DNA from: Octopus vulgaris
Taxonomy: Eukaryota
DNA length: 64,000 nt
Direction of reading: 5' to 3'
Assembly (NCBI GenBank): GCA_951406725.2
Contig: OX597837.1
Location: 9,734,001 to 9,798,000 of the forward strand
The notes below the pieces were generated by a model. That model saw only the letters and a list, made by a program, of their open reading frames with translations. It had not been told where the DNA came from and did not search any database. The translations under genes were made by a program, and so were the position numbers. Below, piece after piece: positions 1 through 15,776 of the stretch (position 1 is its first letter; the number at the start of each line of letters is the position of its first letter).

Positions 1-29
1 TGTTGTTGTTGCTGTTGTTGTTGTTGTTT

Positions 30-69
<40 letters not shown>

Positions 70-167
70 CGTCGTCGTCGTTGTTGTCCTTTCTTTCTTT
101 CTTTTTTCTGCATCTTCATTATTATTAATATTGTTGTCGTTGTTTTTGTTGTTGCTATTATTATCAT

Positions 168-202
<35 letters not shown>

Positions 203-361
203 TTATTATTATTATTATCATTATCATCATCAGCATCGTCATTATTATTATTATTATTGTTATTATTATTATTATCATTATTGTTATTATTACTATCAGT
301 ATTATTATTATTATTACTACTACTACTACTACTACTATTATTACTATTGTTATTCTTATTC

Positions 362-393
<32 letters not shown>

Positions 394-413
394 GTTATTA
401 TTATTATTATTAA

Positions 414-476
<63 letters not shown>

Positions 477-551
477 CATCATTATTATTATTATTACTAT
501 TATTATTATTATTATTATTACTATTATTATTATTGCTATTATTATTATTAA

Positions 552-587
<36 letters not shown>

Positions 588-592
588 CATCA

Positions 593-650
<58 letters not shown>

Positions 651-672
651 CATTATTATTATTATTATTATT
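1..672. repeat. Compound trinucleotide microsatellite (GTT)n/(TTA)n/(CTA)n
   Basis: Directly visible; explains the poly-Leu ORF 131..703. Confidence 0.95.
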
Positions 673-789
673 GATCGACTCGTTCGTGCAAAGAAAATGG
701 TGATTGTCTTTTAATAACAGTCAGGAGAGAGTAGTTACGTTATGTGAAGTTATGTGATGTTACGACTAGGTTTTCGTGATGTTTAGCTC

Positions 790-1115
790 TGGGTTTGGGT
801 GCGGTATGGCGTGATGCTGTCCATTGCGGTGCGGTGCAGTGCGGTGTGGTGCAGTGCGGTGCGGTGCGGTGTTAATGTGGTACAGGAGCAGCGTGACGTT
901 GCGTTATGTGGTGTTAATGTTGTATAATGCAGCGTAGTGTTGCATAGGGCGGGGTGGTATGTTGCAATGCCGTGTGGCTTGGTTTGGCGTGGCGTGGCGT
1001 GGTGTGGTGTGGTGTTGATATGGTGTTGATCAGGTATGATGTAGTATTATGTTGGTTTGATCTGGTGTAGCGTAATGTAATGCGGTACGGCATTTCTATG
1101 TGATGTAGTATGTCG
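790..1115. repeat. Degenerate pentanucleotide array (GCGGT/GTGGT-like)
   Basis: gcggt gcggt gcagt gcggt gtggt... with 5-nt periodicity decaying toward both sides. Confidence 0.75.
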
Positions 1116-1159
1116 TTGTCAGGTGTCGTACAATATTAGAGTACGCTGCGTGTGCGTGA

Positions 1160-1478
1160 GGATAAGCGATAAACATCGCCCTTTTCAAGCCTATCCAGGT
1201 TCATGGGCCCGGTTTCCCGGTTTCTGTCGCGTATGTGTTCCCCACCAGCTAGACGGGACGCCAGTCCATCGCAGCGTTACTCAAGAAACAGGAAGAGAGA
1301 GTGAGAGAAATTTCAGGTGAAAGAGTACAACAGGGGTCACCACCACCCCTTGCCGGAGCGTCGTGAAGCTTTTAGTTGTTTTCGCTCAATAAACACACAC
1401 AACGCCTGGCCTGGGAATCGAAACCGCGATCCTCCGACCGCAAGTCCGCTGCCCTAACCATTGGGCCATTGTGCCTCC
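1160..1478 (-). mobile_element. tRNA-derived SINE, family B head with tail type ii
   Basis: Minus strand begins ggaggcacaatggcccaatggttagggcagcggac...ggtttcgattccc (A/B-box like); homologous to 51191-51575 and 53681-53986. Confidence 0.85.
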
Positions 1479-1940
1479 ACGTGCGCGTGATGAGGTAAGG
1501 CATAATTATCGTGTGCACTAGGCGCGACATCATGAGCTGCAGTGACATAAATGCACCGGTTGTGTGATGTTGTGACGGTTATGACGCTGCATTATGCTTC
1601 GTTACGTGTAGTACGATGTGAGTTCGTACCTCGTAGTGCGATAGGAGAGCGTTGCAACTGTGACGTGGTGTACTGTTACGGTTTATTGCGGGCGTGGCGT
1701 ACTCCTGTGTCTCTGCGCTTCAGGTGTGACGTATTTATGAAGTGTTTCAGTGGTGGGCTGGTGTCACAGTTTGTTACAGATGTGGCGATGACGTTTTGAG
1801 AATGCGCTAAAGTATTTCTCGTTACGCACGTTCGTTCTTTGGTTTAACTGTCATCCCCACAAAGCGTCAATGTGACAGCCCTAAGCCCTGATTTCGCAAC
1901 CCAAACAAAATGTCTCATGCTTTTTGTCTTTACATATATG

Positions 1941-2315
1941 TCTTTATTGCCCACAAGGGGCTAAACATAAAGGGAACAAACAAGGACAGACAATGGGATT
2001 AAGTCGATTACATCGACCTCAGTGCATAACTGGTACTTATTTAATCGACCCCGAAAGGATGAAAGGCAAAGTCGATCTCGGCGGAATTTGAACTCAGAAC
2101 GTAGCGGCAGACGAAATACCTATTTCTTTACAACCCACAAGGGGCTAAACATAGAGGGGACAAACAAGGACAGACAATGGGATTAAGTCGATTACATCGA
2201 TCTCAGTGCATAACTGGTACTTATTTAATCGGAATTTGAACTCAGAACGTAGTGGCAGACGAAATACGGCTACGCATTTCGCCCGGCATGCTAACGTTTC
2301 TGCCAGCTCGCCGCC
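1941..2315 (-). mobile_element. SINE family A, internally duplicated (dimer)
   Basis: Minus strand ggcggcgagctggcagaaacgttagca...gagttcaaattcc...; body and tail repeated at 1941-2120 and 2121-2315; other copies at 19.4, 41.9 and 56.9 kb. Confidence 0.88.
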
Positions 2316-3072
2316 TTTATCTTTACATATATGGTCACTAAAGAATCTCAGTACATCTTCCAAAATTAACTTAAATATTACTTCATTTGCAAAATATACA
2401 CACAAAAAAAAACTGACAGCTATTTATCTTAGAATTATTCAAAATCCTTTTTTTTTGGCAATTTTCCAACTTGCAAGTTTTGAATAAACAAACACTTCGA
2501 AATAAACTCCGACATGTAGACACTTGAATCTTCGACGCAAAACAGAAAATTTAAAATCAATTTACTTGCAATATAAATGCCTCACCACTTACTCCTTCTC
2601 ATAACGCGCGATATCCCACGATCATACAGTATCTCAGTAATGTATCTGATCCAATTCCTGACTCAAAAATTCAAACCAAGCTGCTTGTAACCTCAATCAT
2701 GTCACGTTGACATTCTCTCGTTAAATATATATTTATTACTGCTATTTCACTATATTTCCGAATGAGTTCTATTGATTTATTTTACGTATATTTTATTTTT
2801 GTTTTCATTGACGTTTATAAGTCGTCTTCAGATGTTGTCTCACTTCGACATAATTATGTACAACCATATTCCCCTTAAGTGTACACACAGTGATATGTAT
2901 GTATTAAACACGCGATTTAGTAATTTATTTATATATGTCTCTCAGCAGGCTTTCTATAATGTCATATCAATGTCGATGAAAGTGGGTTTCTGGCTATGCA
3001 TCCGAACGTCCATATGTCTTTATATTTATATGCATAAGCATGTGTATAAGCAATTTGGTAAATGTATGTGTA

Positions 3073-3104
<32 letters not shown>

Positions 3105-3128
3105 CACGCGCACAAACACACACAAACA

Positions 3129-3164
<36 letters not shown>

Positions 3165-3355
3165 TGTGTTCGTGTATGCATGTATTATGCATATAAGTAA
3201 CTACATATGTATGCGTGTATGTATGCATATATAGATATATATATATATATATATACATAAATATATGCATATGCATACGAAAGTGACTGTTCATATACAA
3301 TATATGCATATGTACATATATATACATATAGATAGATAGATATAGATATAGATAA

Positions 3356-3406
<51 letters not shown>

Positions 3407-3545
3407 TATATTATATTATATTATATTATATTATATTATATTATAAATATATATATACATATATGTACATACCTACATATATATGTATATAGGTACGCAT
3501 GTCCTGTACCCATATATGGTACTTATAAACATATATATGTATGTA

Positions 3546-3589
<44 letters not shown>

Positions 3590-3633
3590 CTATGTTATAT
3601 ATATATACATACACATACATATATATACATATC

Positions 3634-3674
<41 letters not shown>

Positions 3675-3721
3675 TACATATATATATATAAATTTGATTG
3701 TATCCATACATACATACACGC

Positions 3722-3758
<37 letters not shown>

Positions 3759-4458
3759 CATACATACATAAATATATATGTTTCTGTATACATATGTGTA
3801 TGTGCATGCGTGTGTGTGCGTGCGTCTGTTTTTGCAGGTATGCATGTAGTTATTACATGGAAGCCTGTAGCCTGCATGATATTGTAACTGTTATATTATA
3901 GAAGATTTAAATGTGTGACGTCTGTGTGCGTCCAGACTGCACATTGCAATCTATTACAAAATCTTAATCTAAATCAAATATTAACGTTTTCTTCACATGC
4001 ACACCTGTTTTATCCGGAAGTCCATCTCTATATGTATACGATATGTAGTTTGGTTATTATAAGCTTTTTCTCGTGTTCCTTTTTCTACTTTGACGCCTGC
4101 GCATCTTTCTTTCTTTGAATGACTGTACAAATTTATATATAAAAAAAACATGTATGTGCGTGTGCATATATATATATGTGTGTGTGTGTGTATGTATGTA
4201 TATATACATACACACACATATATATATATGTGTGTGTGTGCATATATGCTTCTATATTTGTAGCGTTATGTTTGCTTCGAGATCCTCTCTCCCAAAATGT
4301 GTTATTTCATGATCTCTAGAAAGTATATTAAAACATCTATGAATCCAACTATTTTATTTTTATATATATACAAACATATTTGCATAAATGTATATATATA
4401 AATATATATGTGTGTGTGTGTATGTGTATACATATATATATATATATAAACCTTCCCG

Positions 4459-4499
<41 letters not shown>

Positions 4500-4538
4500 C
4501 ATGTATATATATATATGTATATATGGATACATATATAG

Positions 4539-5562
4539 TGTTGTGGTTCAACTTAAGGACAGAGCTGGCGACCTACTTTTGGGAATGAATCCATTGTTCT
4601 GCCTGATGCGGGTTGATTAATTAGCTCTGGGGAAACTCCCCGACCCTTTCAGGTGAATTAGAGTTCAGTTTGTGAGAGGCAGTCGGCATTTGGGATTCAA
4701 GGCAAGCAGTCGGCATTTGGGATTCAAGGCAAGCAGTTGGCAGTTTGGATTTAGCAGTGGCTGTTCTGCTGTGACAGAGAGAGACAGTGAGAGAAATGTT
4801 GAGGGGCTGAGGAAGAGATATACAGAGGATTAGGCAGCCAATAGAGATATACAGAGGATTAGGCAGCCAATAGAGATATACAGAGGATTAGGCAGCCAAT
4901 AGAGATGGACTACAATGTGAGGCATTGGCTGATGTAACGGTATGTGTTAATTGTATGTTTTGATATGTGAAGAAAAAGAAGGAAAAAGAATCGATGTATT
5001 GAAATGTAAAAGAAATGAACATTGTGTTACAGAACTGTTAAAGAAAGAGTGAGACTGTTGTAGTCTTTAATGAACATTGAACTGTATATGCCTTTAATGT
5101 GATTTGAACTGTAATGTTAATGTGATTTGAAACAGAACTGTTGTCTCCGGACTGTATATTGCATCAATCTGAACTGATATTGTACCCGGATGCTGTTGTT
5201 ATATTGTATCTGCATGTTTAAATGCTTTAATGTGTTGTTTCTTGCATGTATTTCCTCTTTGATGTACCTGATATGTATCTAAATGTATTTGATGTTGTAA
5301 CAATTATAAAGTGTTATGAACTAGTAGGTTAAATGTAAGCCGATCGCCTTCCGCTGTGTTTCTTTGTGCCTCTGTGTCTCTTCCTGCTGCTGTGGTTGTT
5401 GTTGTTGTTGTTATCTCTCTCCTCTCTGAGTTCCGTGGCGAACTTGAGCCGATCGATCGATCGAGCCGGTCAATCGTCGTCGCTCGACTTGTTGGGATCC
5501 CGGGTTCGAGTACGGGCGACGGCAGGTGGGATTCCGTAGCAACTTTCGGGGGTCCCGTAACA
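4539..5562 (+). mobile_element. Probable solo LTR (Gypsy-like), ~1.02 kb
   Basis: Termini TGTTGTGG...CCGTAACA (TG..CA, imperfect inverted ends); flanks atag/atat within a TA tract; internal 27-bp x2 and 29-bp x3 repeats; non-microsatellite composition. Confidence 0.65.
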
Positions 5563-5610
5563 ATATATAAACATACATATATACTTACACACATACACAA
5601 ACACACACAC

Positions 5611-5691
<81 letters not shown>

Positions 5692-5806
5692 CATGTGCGA
5701 TTTCATATATATTTTGTGCAATGTTTATATACCGCTGCATACATATCTACAACTAGTCATGAGTATAGATTGTCTGTGGACGAGTTTGTATGCACGTAGT
5801 ATAATC

Positions 5807-5866
<60 letters not shown>

Positions 5867-5914
5867 TGTGTGTGTGTGTGTGTTGATATATATATATATA
5901 TATATATATATATC

Positions 5915-6290
5915 ATCGATAACTTACCGGTCTCTCTAGTCATGTAGAGCATTCTTCAATACGTTATAATTGAAAGGCTCTGATTTCCAGTACTCTGAGT
6001 ATCACGTTTCCGATCATCAACTGGTAAACCGAGCATGGTTTTCCGTAATAATATCCGCTGGCTCAATGTTTCATGAAATATGATATGAAAGTTAGAATGA
6101 AAAGCTCCTTCTTCTGTTCTTTTGTTTAAAAACCTTTGTGAACGACACCTGCAAAATTGACTGCTTCAATCTCACACTTTCGTTTATGTTTCTATTTTCT
6201 AGTGGTATTATTATTTTTATAAGCAACGTAGATTTCATACAATCGAAGTTATGATATTGCGTTGCTGTTTCAGCAATGTTCCAAAACAAT
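5915..6290 (-). mobile_element. Degenerate Penelope-like 3' fragment (GIY-YIG C-terminus plus 3' UTR)
   Basis: ORF 6092..6289 contains YHNFD..STLLIK...RNINESVRLK, resembling the PLE endonuclease C-terminus; decayed hammerhead-like motif (TTGAAGA...GAGA CCGG TA) downstream at ~5919-5968. Confidence 0.45.
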
Positions 6291-6420
6291 ACTTTTAATT
6301 AATGTATTTAATTAATATTTAAATTTAATGAGCCTGCATGCAGGTGTTCATTTTGCACACGCCTGTGCTGACTCATACATATTGACATACGTACACACGT
6401 AGACACACACAAACATATAT

Positions 6421-6451
<31 letters not shown>

Positions 6452-6652
6452 CATATATATGATATACTGTGTGTGTATGTATATATATATATATTCATGT
6501 ATGCATATACACATGTTTATATGCATATACTCAATGTAGAGATGCACACACACATATTAAAATATATTTCAATAAAAACTATTATATAAAAATTAAGTAT
6601 CTGTGTGTCTGTATATGTACATAATGTTTATGTGGGTAGCCTGGCATATATT

Positions 6653-6725
<73 letters not shown>

Positions 6726-7366
6726 GTATATATATATACATATATATGTATATATACATTGCAGTTCTTTTACAATGTGCCTGCTTTTATGTATATGTTT
6801 TTATATGTGTGTGTATGTATATACACATATATGTGTGTATGTTTATGCACATATATATGTGTATGTATCCATGCTTATACGTATAAATATAAAGAGGTTT
6901 TTGCATCAATGGAATATGTTTGCACTCGAAATAGGTAGGCATACAAAAGTGTTTAGATCAAACACAGTCTTGCTGGTTGACGCTGTGTCGAGAATAGAAT
7001 AGATATTATTTAACGACGAGCAAACATAGGCACAGCTGGAAAACTGTCTTATATTATCGACTGAGGAAGGAAAATGAATGTCTTCTCTGAGGTGCGGTTG
7101 ACAAACTGAAAAGCTGTCCGTCACGAGACAACATAGTTTTGTTTGTTTTTTTATACGTCGAATACATGGAACGAACGTGGTCACATTCTCATAATTTCAT
7201 CTCACAACTAGGCTTTTTCGAATGATTCGAAGTGTTCTAGCCATCAACCTATATATGTGTGTGTGTGTGTCTGTCTGTCTGTCTGTGTTTACATAAATAC
7301 ATATATATATACATATATATACACACACATATTTTATATATATATATGTATATGTATATATATATA

Positions 7367-7444
<78 letters not shown>

Positions 7445-8100
7445 GTGTATGTTCGTGTGTGTGTGTATGCATATGTGTGCATTCTTATTGCTGTGAACAA
7501 AATTACAACACGCATAACAGAAACATGTGTCAGTCTGCGCATGTATACATGTGTGTGTATGTGTGTATATGTATGTATGTATGCATGCATGTATGTATGA
7601 ATTATGTATATAGGAATGTATGTATCTATGTATGTTTGTATGTATGTATGTATGCATGTATGAATGGACAAGGGCATTAACTCAGTTATTTATCGTCATG
7701 CAGGCGAGTCAGGACGACAAACAACAAAAACTCCAACACCCGCAAAAACCAACAATAACAAAAATTCAGAAAGCAAACATTCAACACAATATCAACAACA
7801 ACAACAACAACAAAATAACAACAACAGCAATACCAACAACAATAACCACCACCGCCACTGCAACAACAACAACAAGAAAAACATTGACGAAAATAACAAT
7901 TGCAAAAGGCACAAAATAACACATATATTAAGTACTTAGTGAAGTGGTCGATCCTCAGCTAAGGTATCGATTATGCCTGATTATATTGATACTGTAAATA
8001 AAGATGAGGAAATCAATAGATATGTTTGCAAGTAGCAATTACCAGGTGTGGCGGGTGCTCGGATTGGTTCGGGTAGATTAGTGAGCATTGTGGTACGGTG

Positions 8101-8178
8101 GTACGCGGGGTGCGGTGTCATGGTAGGTGGAGGAAATGGAGTAATATGTGTATAAATAAGCATGTATTTCCAGTCGTG

Positions 8179-8244
<66 letters not shown>

Positions 8245-8253
8245 TATATATGA

Positions 8254-8302
<49 letters not shown>

Positions 8303-8386
8303 GACTGTAGATAAATGCTATTATACACACATATTACTCCATTTCCTCTCTGCCATAATTCCACCTACCATAACACCGCACACTGC

Positions 8387-8389
<3 letters not shown>
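8101..8389. repeat. Imperfect ~80-bp inverted repeat flanking a (TA)n tract
   Basis: 8101-8178 is the reverse complement of 8300-8389 (gtgcggtgt.atggtaggtgga...ggaaatggagtaatatgtgt) apart from an indel. Confidence 0.8.
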
Positions 8390-8440
<51 letters not shown>

Positions 8441-8456
8441 ATATATGTTGATATAT

Positions 8457-8582
<126 letters not shown>

Positions 8583-8832
8583 TTGTGAGGGTTAGGTAGG
8601 TAGGTAGGTATGTTTATATATACTTAATACATATCAATATCCCGAATTCTATTTAAATCGGAAAGCCTGATCTCTACGGTAAAGCATGTGTGCATGTGTG
8701 TGCATTTTTTGCTAGCTTATTTTGTCTCTTTGTCTTTTCTCCTGGTGATATAAGAACATTTAATGTGGTTTTAGAGTCAAGTTTTGTCTGCTATTTCCAG
8801 CGTGGTGGTGTCACTTGGCTACCTAAATCATA

Positions 8833-8902
<70 letters not shown>

Positions 8903-8925
8903 GTATGTATTAACCGGTGTTGTTC

Positions 8926-8962
8926 AAACGATGAATACCTTCGCGTTAACCATGGTCCGTTT
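8926..8962 (+). ncRNA. Degenerate minimal hammerhead-like fold (possible A3-U8 core)
   Basis: aaacg ATGAATA ccttcgcg TTAA CCATGG TC cgttt: 5-bp stem I and palindromic stem III, but the GAAA box is damaged. Confidence 0.3.
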
Positions 8963-9177
8963 TGTTCTCTTACTTTATCATCATCTTATAATCATCTCAT
9001 AATAATGACTTTTATGACTCGTAATACTACCTCAGTCAATCTAAATGTATATATTTGTCGTTACCTGTCATAAATAGCCTTTTTTTATTTGCAATGTGCA
9101 TTTTCGTTGATTTTCCATATTTTACCCTTACATTTCCACGTGTATTTTATATTTTCTTTTCGTAACATATTTCTACT

Positions 9178-9214
<37 letters not shown>

Positions 9215-9300
9215 CATACATACATACATACATACATACATACATACATACATACATACATACATACATACATACATACATACATACATGCATGCATGCA

Positions 9301-9331
<31 letters not shown>

Positions 9332-9551
9332 CATACATACATACATACATACATACATACATACATACATACATGCATATTCAAATGCGTTACATTTCTG
9401 TCTCATTACAGAAAGACTCCATGAAAAGATTCTGATAAGGCTTCACGATGCAGCACAGGCACTCCGCTCTTGTGAACATTTCTTTATAACCTTACAACTG
9501 TAAGCTTATGGAAAGGATTATATATAATCACTTTTGTTATTCATTCATTAA

Positions 9552-9622
<71 letters not shown>

Positions 9623-10173
9623 GTGTGTGTATGTGTGTGTGTGTTTGTGTGACGATAAATGAAATTTCCTTCACGTAAGGTAGATAAACTTATCAGGTTA
9701 ACCAAAAGTACCCCTAAGAGCAGATATACCTAGCAATGTTGTAGACCTCACTTTCTGAAATGCGACATGACGTTGCATTCTAATCACATTTAAACTCTGA
9801 AAGAATGAGACTTTATTCGAGGATCGAAACCGCATCGCCATATATCTACAGCTCTTAATATTTCTTCTACCTCTATTTCTTTACAATATAGAGTTTAATA
9901 TACTAATGCAGACATTTGATATGCTTGATTCAAAATGGGAATTAATTTCACGTTGACCACATCAAAGTAAATATATTTTTAAGATCATTTAAATTACAAA
10001 CTGAATAAAACACATAAAAACCAGGCAGTTTCCAGAACATTTCACTGTCGTAAAAACATAATTTATTTTCATTTTACTTTACTTTATTCACCATTTTTTA
10101 TTCTATAAATTTTTTCTTCTTTCACCCTATTTAAAAAAGATATTTTTAAATTAAAAAATGTTTTCATCACAAA

Positions 10174-10242
<69 letters not shown>

Positions 10243-10314
10243 ACTTTCTTTCCAGTCTAGCTATCTGCCTGTCCCCACTCTCTCTCTTTCCTTCTATCTT
10301 TCTCTCTTCCTCCC

Positions 10315-10355
<41 letters not shown>

Positions 10356-10433
10356 GGAGGGTGCTGAGTTTGGGTGTGAGTTGGAGAGGTAATATAGCAA
10401 TGATAAAAGGGCCTATGTGTATTTTAGTGTGAT

Positions 10434-10477
<44 letters not shown>

Positions 10478-10584
10478 TATATAACTATATATACATATGT
10501 ATGTATGATATGTATATATACTTATACATGCAAGCATATCCATATACACTTATATATTTGTGTATATATATATGCGTGTATATT

Positions 10585-10615
<31 letters not shown>

Positions 10616-10700
10616 GCTTATGTATATATATACATATAAATATATGTGTTTGTGTATGTATATATACATGTATATGTATACATATATATACACATATATG

Positions 10701-10760
<60 letters not shown>

Positions 10761-11480
10761 TGTCATATATATGTATATATATATATATATGTATGTATAT
10801 ACATACGAATATGTATATGTATGTATATATATATATATATTTATGCACACACACACATACACACATAATCATTTTAGGTATCTGATTCATATAACGTTAC
10901 TTTTCATCGTAAATTTTTGGTGCATATTTTAAACATATTTTTCAAAGTTCTTTGTCAGTCATCGATATATATCCTCACATTAATTTCACAGAACCCAATT
11001 AAAATCTTACTTTTTCACGTGCTGTTCCACAACATATCTGTGGGGTTTTTTTGGTTAATTTTTGTTTATTGTTTTTTGCTTTTTTTTTTGTCATAATGTG
11101 TAAGTACCATAGCAATCTACATGGAACTTAATGGAACTTAAGTAACAGTTCCACTAAATTCTTAGTCTCAAATGTATAATATATTGCTTCAGATTTACTT
11201 AATGTGTTGAATACATTTTAAACGCCTTTGTAAATTATGCATAAAATATGTGTCTGTGTGTGTATGTGTTTGTAAGCATACGTATGTACGTATAAATACA
11301 TACATGTATAGATCAATCTGTGAATTTTAATTATTATTATCTCAACTAACACTACGGAATTTCTAAAGTAGATCCAACGTAAATATACCCCAACTGCGGA
11401 TGGTAGCAGATAGCCCAAACCATACCAGTTCTCTACTCAACACTTCAACACACTAATCGACACTAGTTCAAAATATTGCA

Positions 11481-11539
<59 letters not shown>

Positions 11540-11569
11540 GTGTGTGTGTATGAGTTTCACCACTTTATC

Positions 11570-11738
11570 GGATGACAACCGATGCTGGTGTGTTTACGTT
11601 CCCGTAACTTAGCGGTTCGGGAAAAGGGACCGATAGAATAAGCACTAGGCTTACAAAGAATATGTGCTGGTGTCAATTTGTTCGACTAAAGGCGGTGCTC
11701 CAGCATGTCCGCAGTTAAAATGACTGAAACAAATAAAA
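11570..11738 (+). mobile_element. SINE family C, 3' half
   Basis: tgacaaccgatgctggtgtgtttacg...ggcggtgctccagcatg..cgcag..aatgactgaaac; matches 58914-59402. Confidence 0.8.
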
Positions 11739-12164
11739 CCATATATACATACGGATATATGCATAAATATTTATACATGCATACACGCATACATACTTAC
11801 ATACAATCCAAATCAGGAGGACATGAAATGCAGCACCTTGTGATCTTTATAAGAAAAACATGCGAACTTCCAGAGCTGATAGTATGAAAGTTCTGTTTAA
11901 TTCATTTCTATTTTTCTTTTCCTTTTGTTCCAGGATGAAGAAGTCACCATAAACGACGGAAACCAGTGTCTGCTTTGTTAAAAATTAACATATTTTCTTA
12001 TTTCCCTGAAAATGCTCTCTATGCGTTTTTTTTTTATATTTCTTCAGCGCCATACACACATATACAGACATATATATGGGGCCATATTCACAAGTGATGA
12101 GAGGCAGGGGCTGAATTAGATGCTAGAATACAAAGATTGGTAAGTTGGATCAAAAAGGAACCAG

Positions 12165-12360
12165 TCCACTCAGCTGGCAAAAGTAAGTGGTGCCTGCATG
12201 TCAAAGGGGCCAGCTTTCCCACGTTCTGCTTCACGTTGAATCACCTTAAGCGCAGGCGTGATTGTGGATTGTTCAGCCATCTGCAAGTTACTCTCACGAG
12301 TAGGCTGTTCCGTTGATCGGAAGATCTGGAACACTCGTCGTCATAACTGACGGAGTGCCA
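12165..12360 (+). mobile_element. SINE family B 3' fragment (tail type i)
   Basis: tcacgagtaggctgttccgttgatcgga...ctcgtcgtcataactgacggagtgcc matches the 51191 copy. Confidence 0.65.
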
Positions 12361-12618
12361 AATTGTCATATGCATAAAAAAATATATGCGTATATATATA
12401 TACACAAGTATATTTTCAGATATATATATGTATATATATATATGTCTGAAAATATACTTGCTTGTATAATGAAAGATAAAAAATGTATTTCTTATTAATA
12501 TTGAAATGATTATTTTGAATTTTCGCCGATATCGTCTTCACAAAACACGCATGATTTCAGACGCCAATATCAACAAAACCTTCAGCATAAACAATCAATT
12601 ATAGTGAATATATATATA

Positions 12619-12703
<85 letters not shown>

Positions 12704-12788
12704 CATACATATATACATACATATATATATATATATACATATATGTATATATACATATATTTATATATATATGTGTATGTGTGTGTGT

Positions 12789-12867
<79 letters not shown>

Positions 12868-12964
12868 ATATATTTAATGTATAAGAAACATTTATTTTGA
12901 AAGTTTATATAATATTTATATATATTAAGGTATGTATCTTCCTTTTATACATACAGAAACAGAG

Positions 12965-13008
<44 letters not shown>

Positions 13009-13754
13009 ACACAAACATATTGGGTTATGAATTGTTTATATATCTATATCTATATTTATCTATCTATCTACATACATACATATATATGTATGTATGTATG
13101 TATGTATATATGTATGTATGTATATCATGCTTAGATATCAATTTAAGTCTAAATATGTTTATATATAAATACATGTCCGTGTGTATATCTATGTGTATGT
13201 ATGTATGTGTGTATATAAGAATGTTGTGATGTAGCTAGACAGATAACAAAAGCCGTTATATAATGGCCACTAATCACATTGCCTCGTTATTTTGTGTCGA
13301 AATCAATCAATCACATAATCAGTCAAGCAATATATCAAATCAATCAATCACCATTTAATTATAACAACATGATATCAATGATATCGATAAATCAGCTTTT
13401 CCTAATCAGAACCATTCAATGGTACGGTATATTTTTATAAAAAATATATATATTTAAAAAAAAGGATATATTTTTATTAAAAAAATATATATTTAAAAAA
13501 AGTTCACCGCTATTTTGGTTTATTAGTCTACAATTTAGTGTCTGAAACTAGCAGAGTGTTTTAAAAGCTTCCATAACCTGCGTTTGATATAATATTTTCT
13601 GCTTATACATTAATACTGAGCCTAAGTGTGTGTGTGTGTTTGTATGTATATGACATAGTTACATATCTATGAATACACGTATGTATATGTCCATTGCATA
13701 CCTGTACGTGTGTACAATAGATACGTGATTATCTGTTACCTTTGTAAGAATATC

Positions 13755-13872
<118 letters not shown>

Positions 13873-13925
13873 TACACATGTATAGCTATGCAACTATATA
13901 TATGCACATGCCTATATATGTGTGA

Positions 13926-13967
<42 letters not shown>

Positions 13968-14942
13968 CTTAAAGCGAACCTAGCTCGTCATAATATTGAC
14001 AGTAAATGTAACTCTAATAATATTTTTTGTAGCTGCTCACCCACATTTTGTTGCTTTGAAAAGGAAACCGTTTACAATTTTTTTTACGCCAACACACGTT
14101 TCTTCCAGCACCTTTATAAGCGTTACAAGAAATACGTTGTACTAAGCATATTTAAGTCGCGATCCTATCACCACCTGCATACCTTCATATGCCCTACTAC
14201 ACTACACTCTTTTTTCCTTTTCGGAGAAGCATTTCGTTGTCTAATAATGTGGTATATGTTACACATCATCGTGGCGCATTCCACTCTACAATTACAAATG
14301 CCATTTCGTAACCGTTGAACGGCTGAAGCTATTGTAATACTATTTTCTAAATAACATGAAATAAATAAGATGAATGGGCGAATATGTCTCGTAAATATAA
14401 ATCCTGTAATAATTATTTTTAAGGTTAAAGTTATTGAACGAATCTACTGCGTCTTAGTTACGCTTTTCCCACCAACTTTATTACATGACCCCGCCTCGAT
14501 CTCTTGACAACGTATTACCATTGATCTTATTTCCTCCCATTGATTGTACATCTGAAGCATAATCGAAGAGCTGAAAGCAACTTCGTCTAGTGATTTTTTC
14601 AAATAACTGTATATCTTCATATATCTTCTTTTACGTGTTTCAGGCGTTTCCCTGCGGCCACGCAGGGGCAGCGCATTGTTGGGTTTCATCGAATAAATCG
14701 ATGGACATTCTTGTTTTTTTTTTTTTTGTAACTCTGGTATTTAATCTATCGCTTTCTTTTGACGGAGATCTTGGTTATGAACACAGAAACACACCAACAC
14801 CGGTTGGCAAGTGGTGTCAGAGAACAAGCACAAAGTCACACAATATCCATATATTATATATATATATATATACATGTGTGTGTGTATATATATATATGTA
14901 TTATACACACTTACGCGCGCGCACGCACACACACACACACAC

Positions 14943-14981
<39 letters not shown>

Positions 14982-15058
14982 CCTGGTGGTGGTATTAAGT
15001 TAGACATGGCTTGGACCTACACTGGCCAAAACCTATTAAAGTTATATATACATATATA

Positions 15059-15210
<152 letters not shown>

Positions 15211-15251
15211 TTATTATTATTATTATTATAATTATTATTATTATTATTATT

Positions 15252-15776
15252 GAGTGAGAGAGCAGTTCATGCCATCAAAGTGACACTGGGGTAAAATATA
15301 CGAAGCCCAATACACCAATCATGACTACCCGTCTGTTAAGGTACACCAGGCACATGCATCACAACCATATGTATGGTGATCTCATATCAAGATAAACAGC
15401 ACATGACCTTTGGGCCCATTATTTTCTTCAGGTTTAGCCCATCCGCTCAAAAGGTCCCTGAATAAGGGTTGTTTAAGGATGTTGAAAGAACCACCCATGT
15501 TTCCAGAGGTGAATTATTCAAACCCCAAAGAATCCCTCTCAACACATGGCTATGATGCTCCCCCACTACTTCTGCTCGTGATCAGAGATGCACATATCGT
15601 CAGCCACTAAGGGACATGTTCAACTGGTTAAAGTCAAACTACTGACAAGCAAATCTGTGGTATTGAGCAGAATATTTGCTGTAGCCCATCTTTTATACCA
15701 AGACAAAACAATGTACATGATAGCACTTCCAATCAGTTAAGATCAGAAGCCATGAGAGCCACTGTCTGGTACTGCA

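Noticed and set aside
131-703. Poly-Leu ORF and all [16 protein letters not shown]/poly-His ORFs in the window
   Set aside because: Microsatellite artefacts.
4814-4906. CRISPR-like 29-bp repeats
   Set aside because: Head-to-tail with no spacers, in a eukaryotic LTR context.
11900-11990. Splice-acceptor-like tract followed by a short frame
   Set aside because: Early stop, no clear donor and no neighbouring exons.
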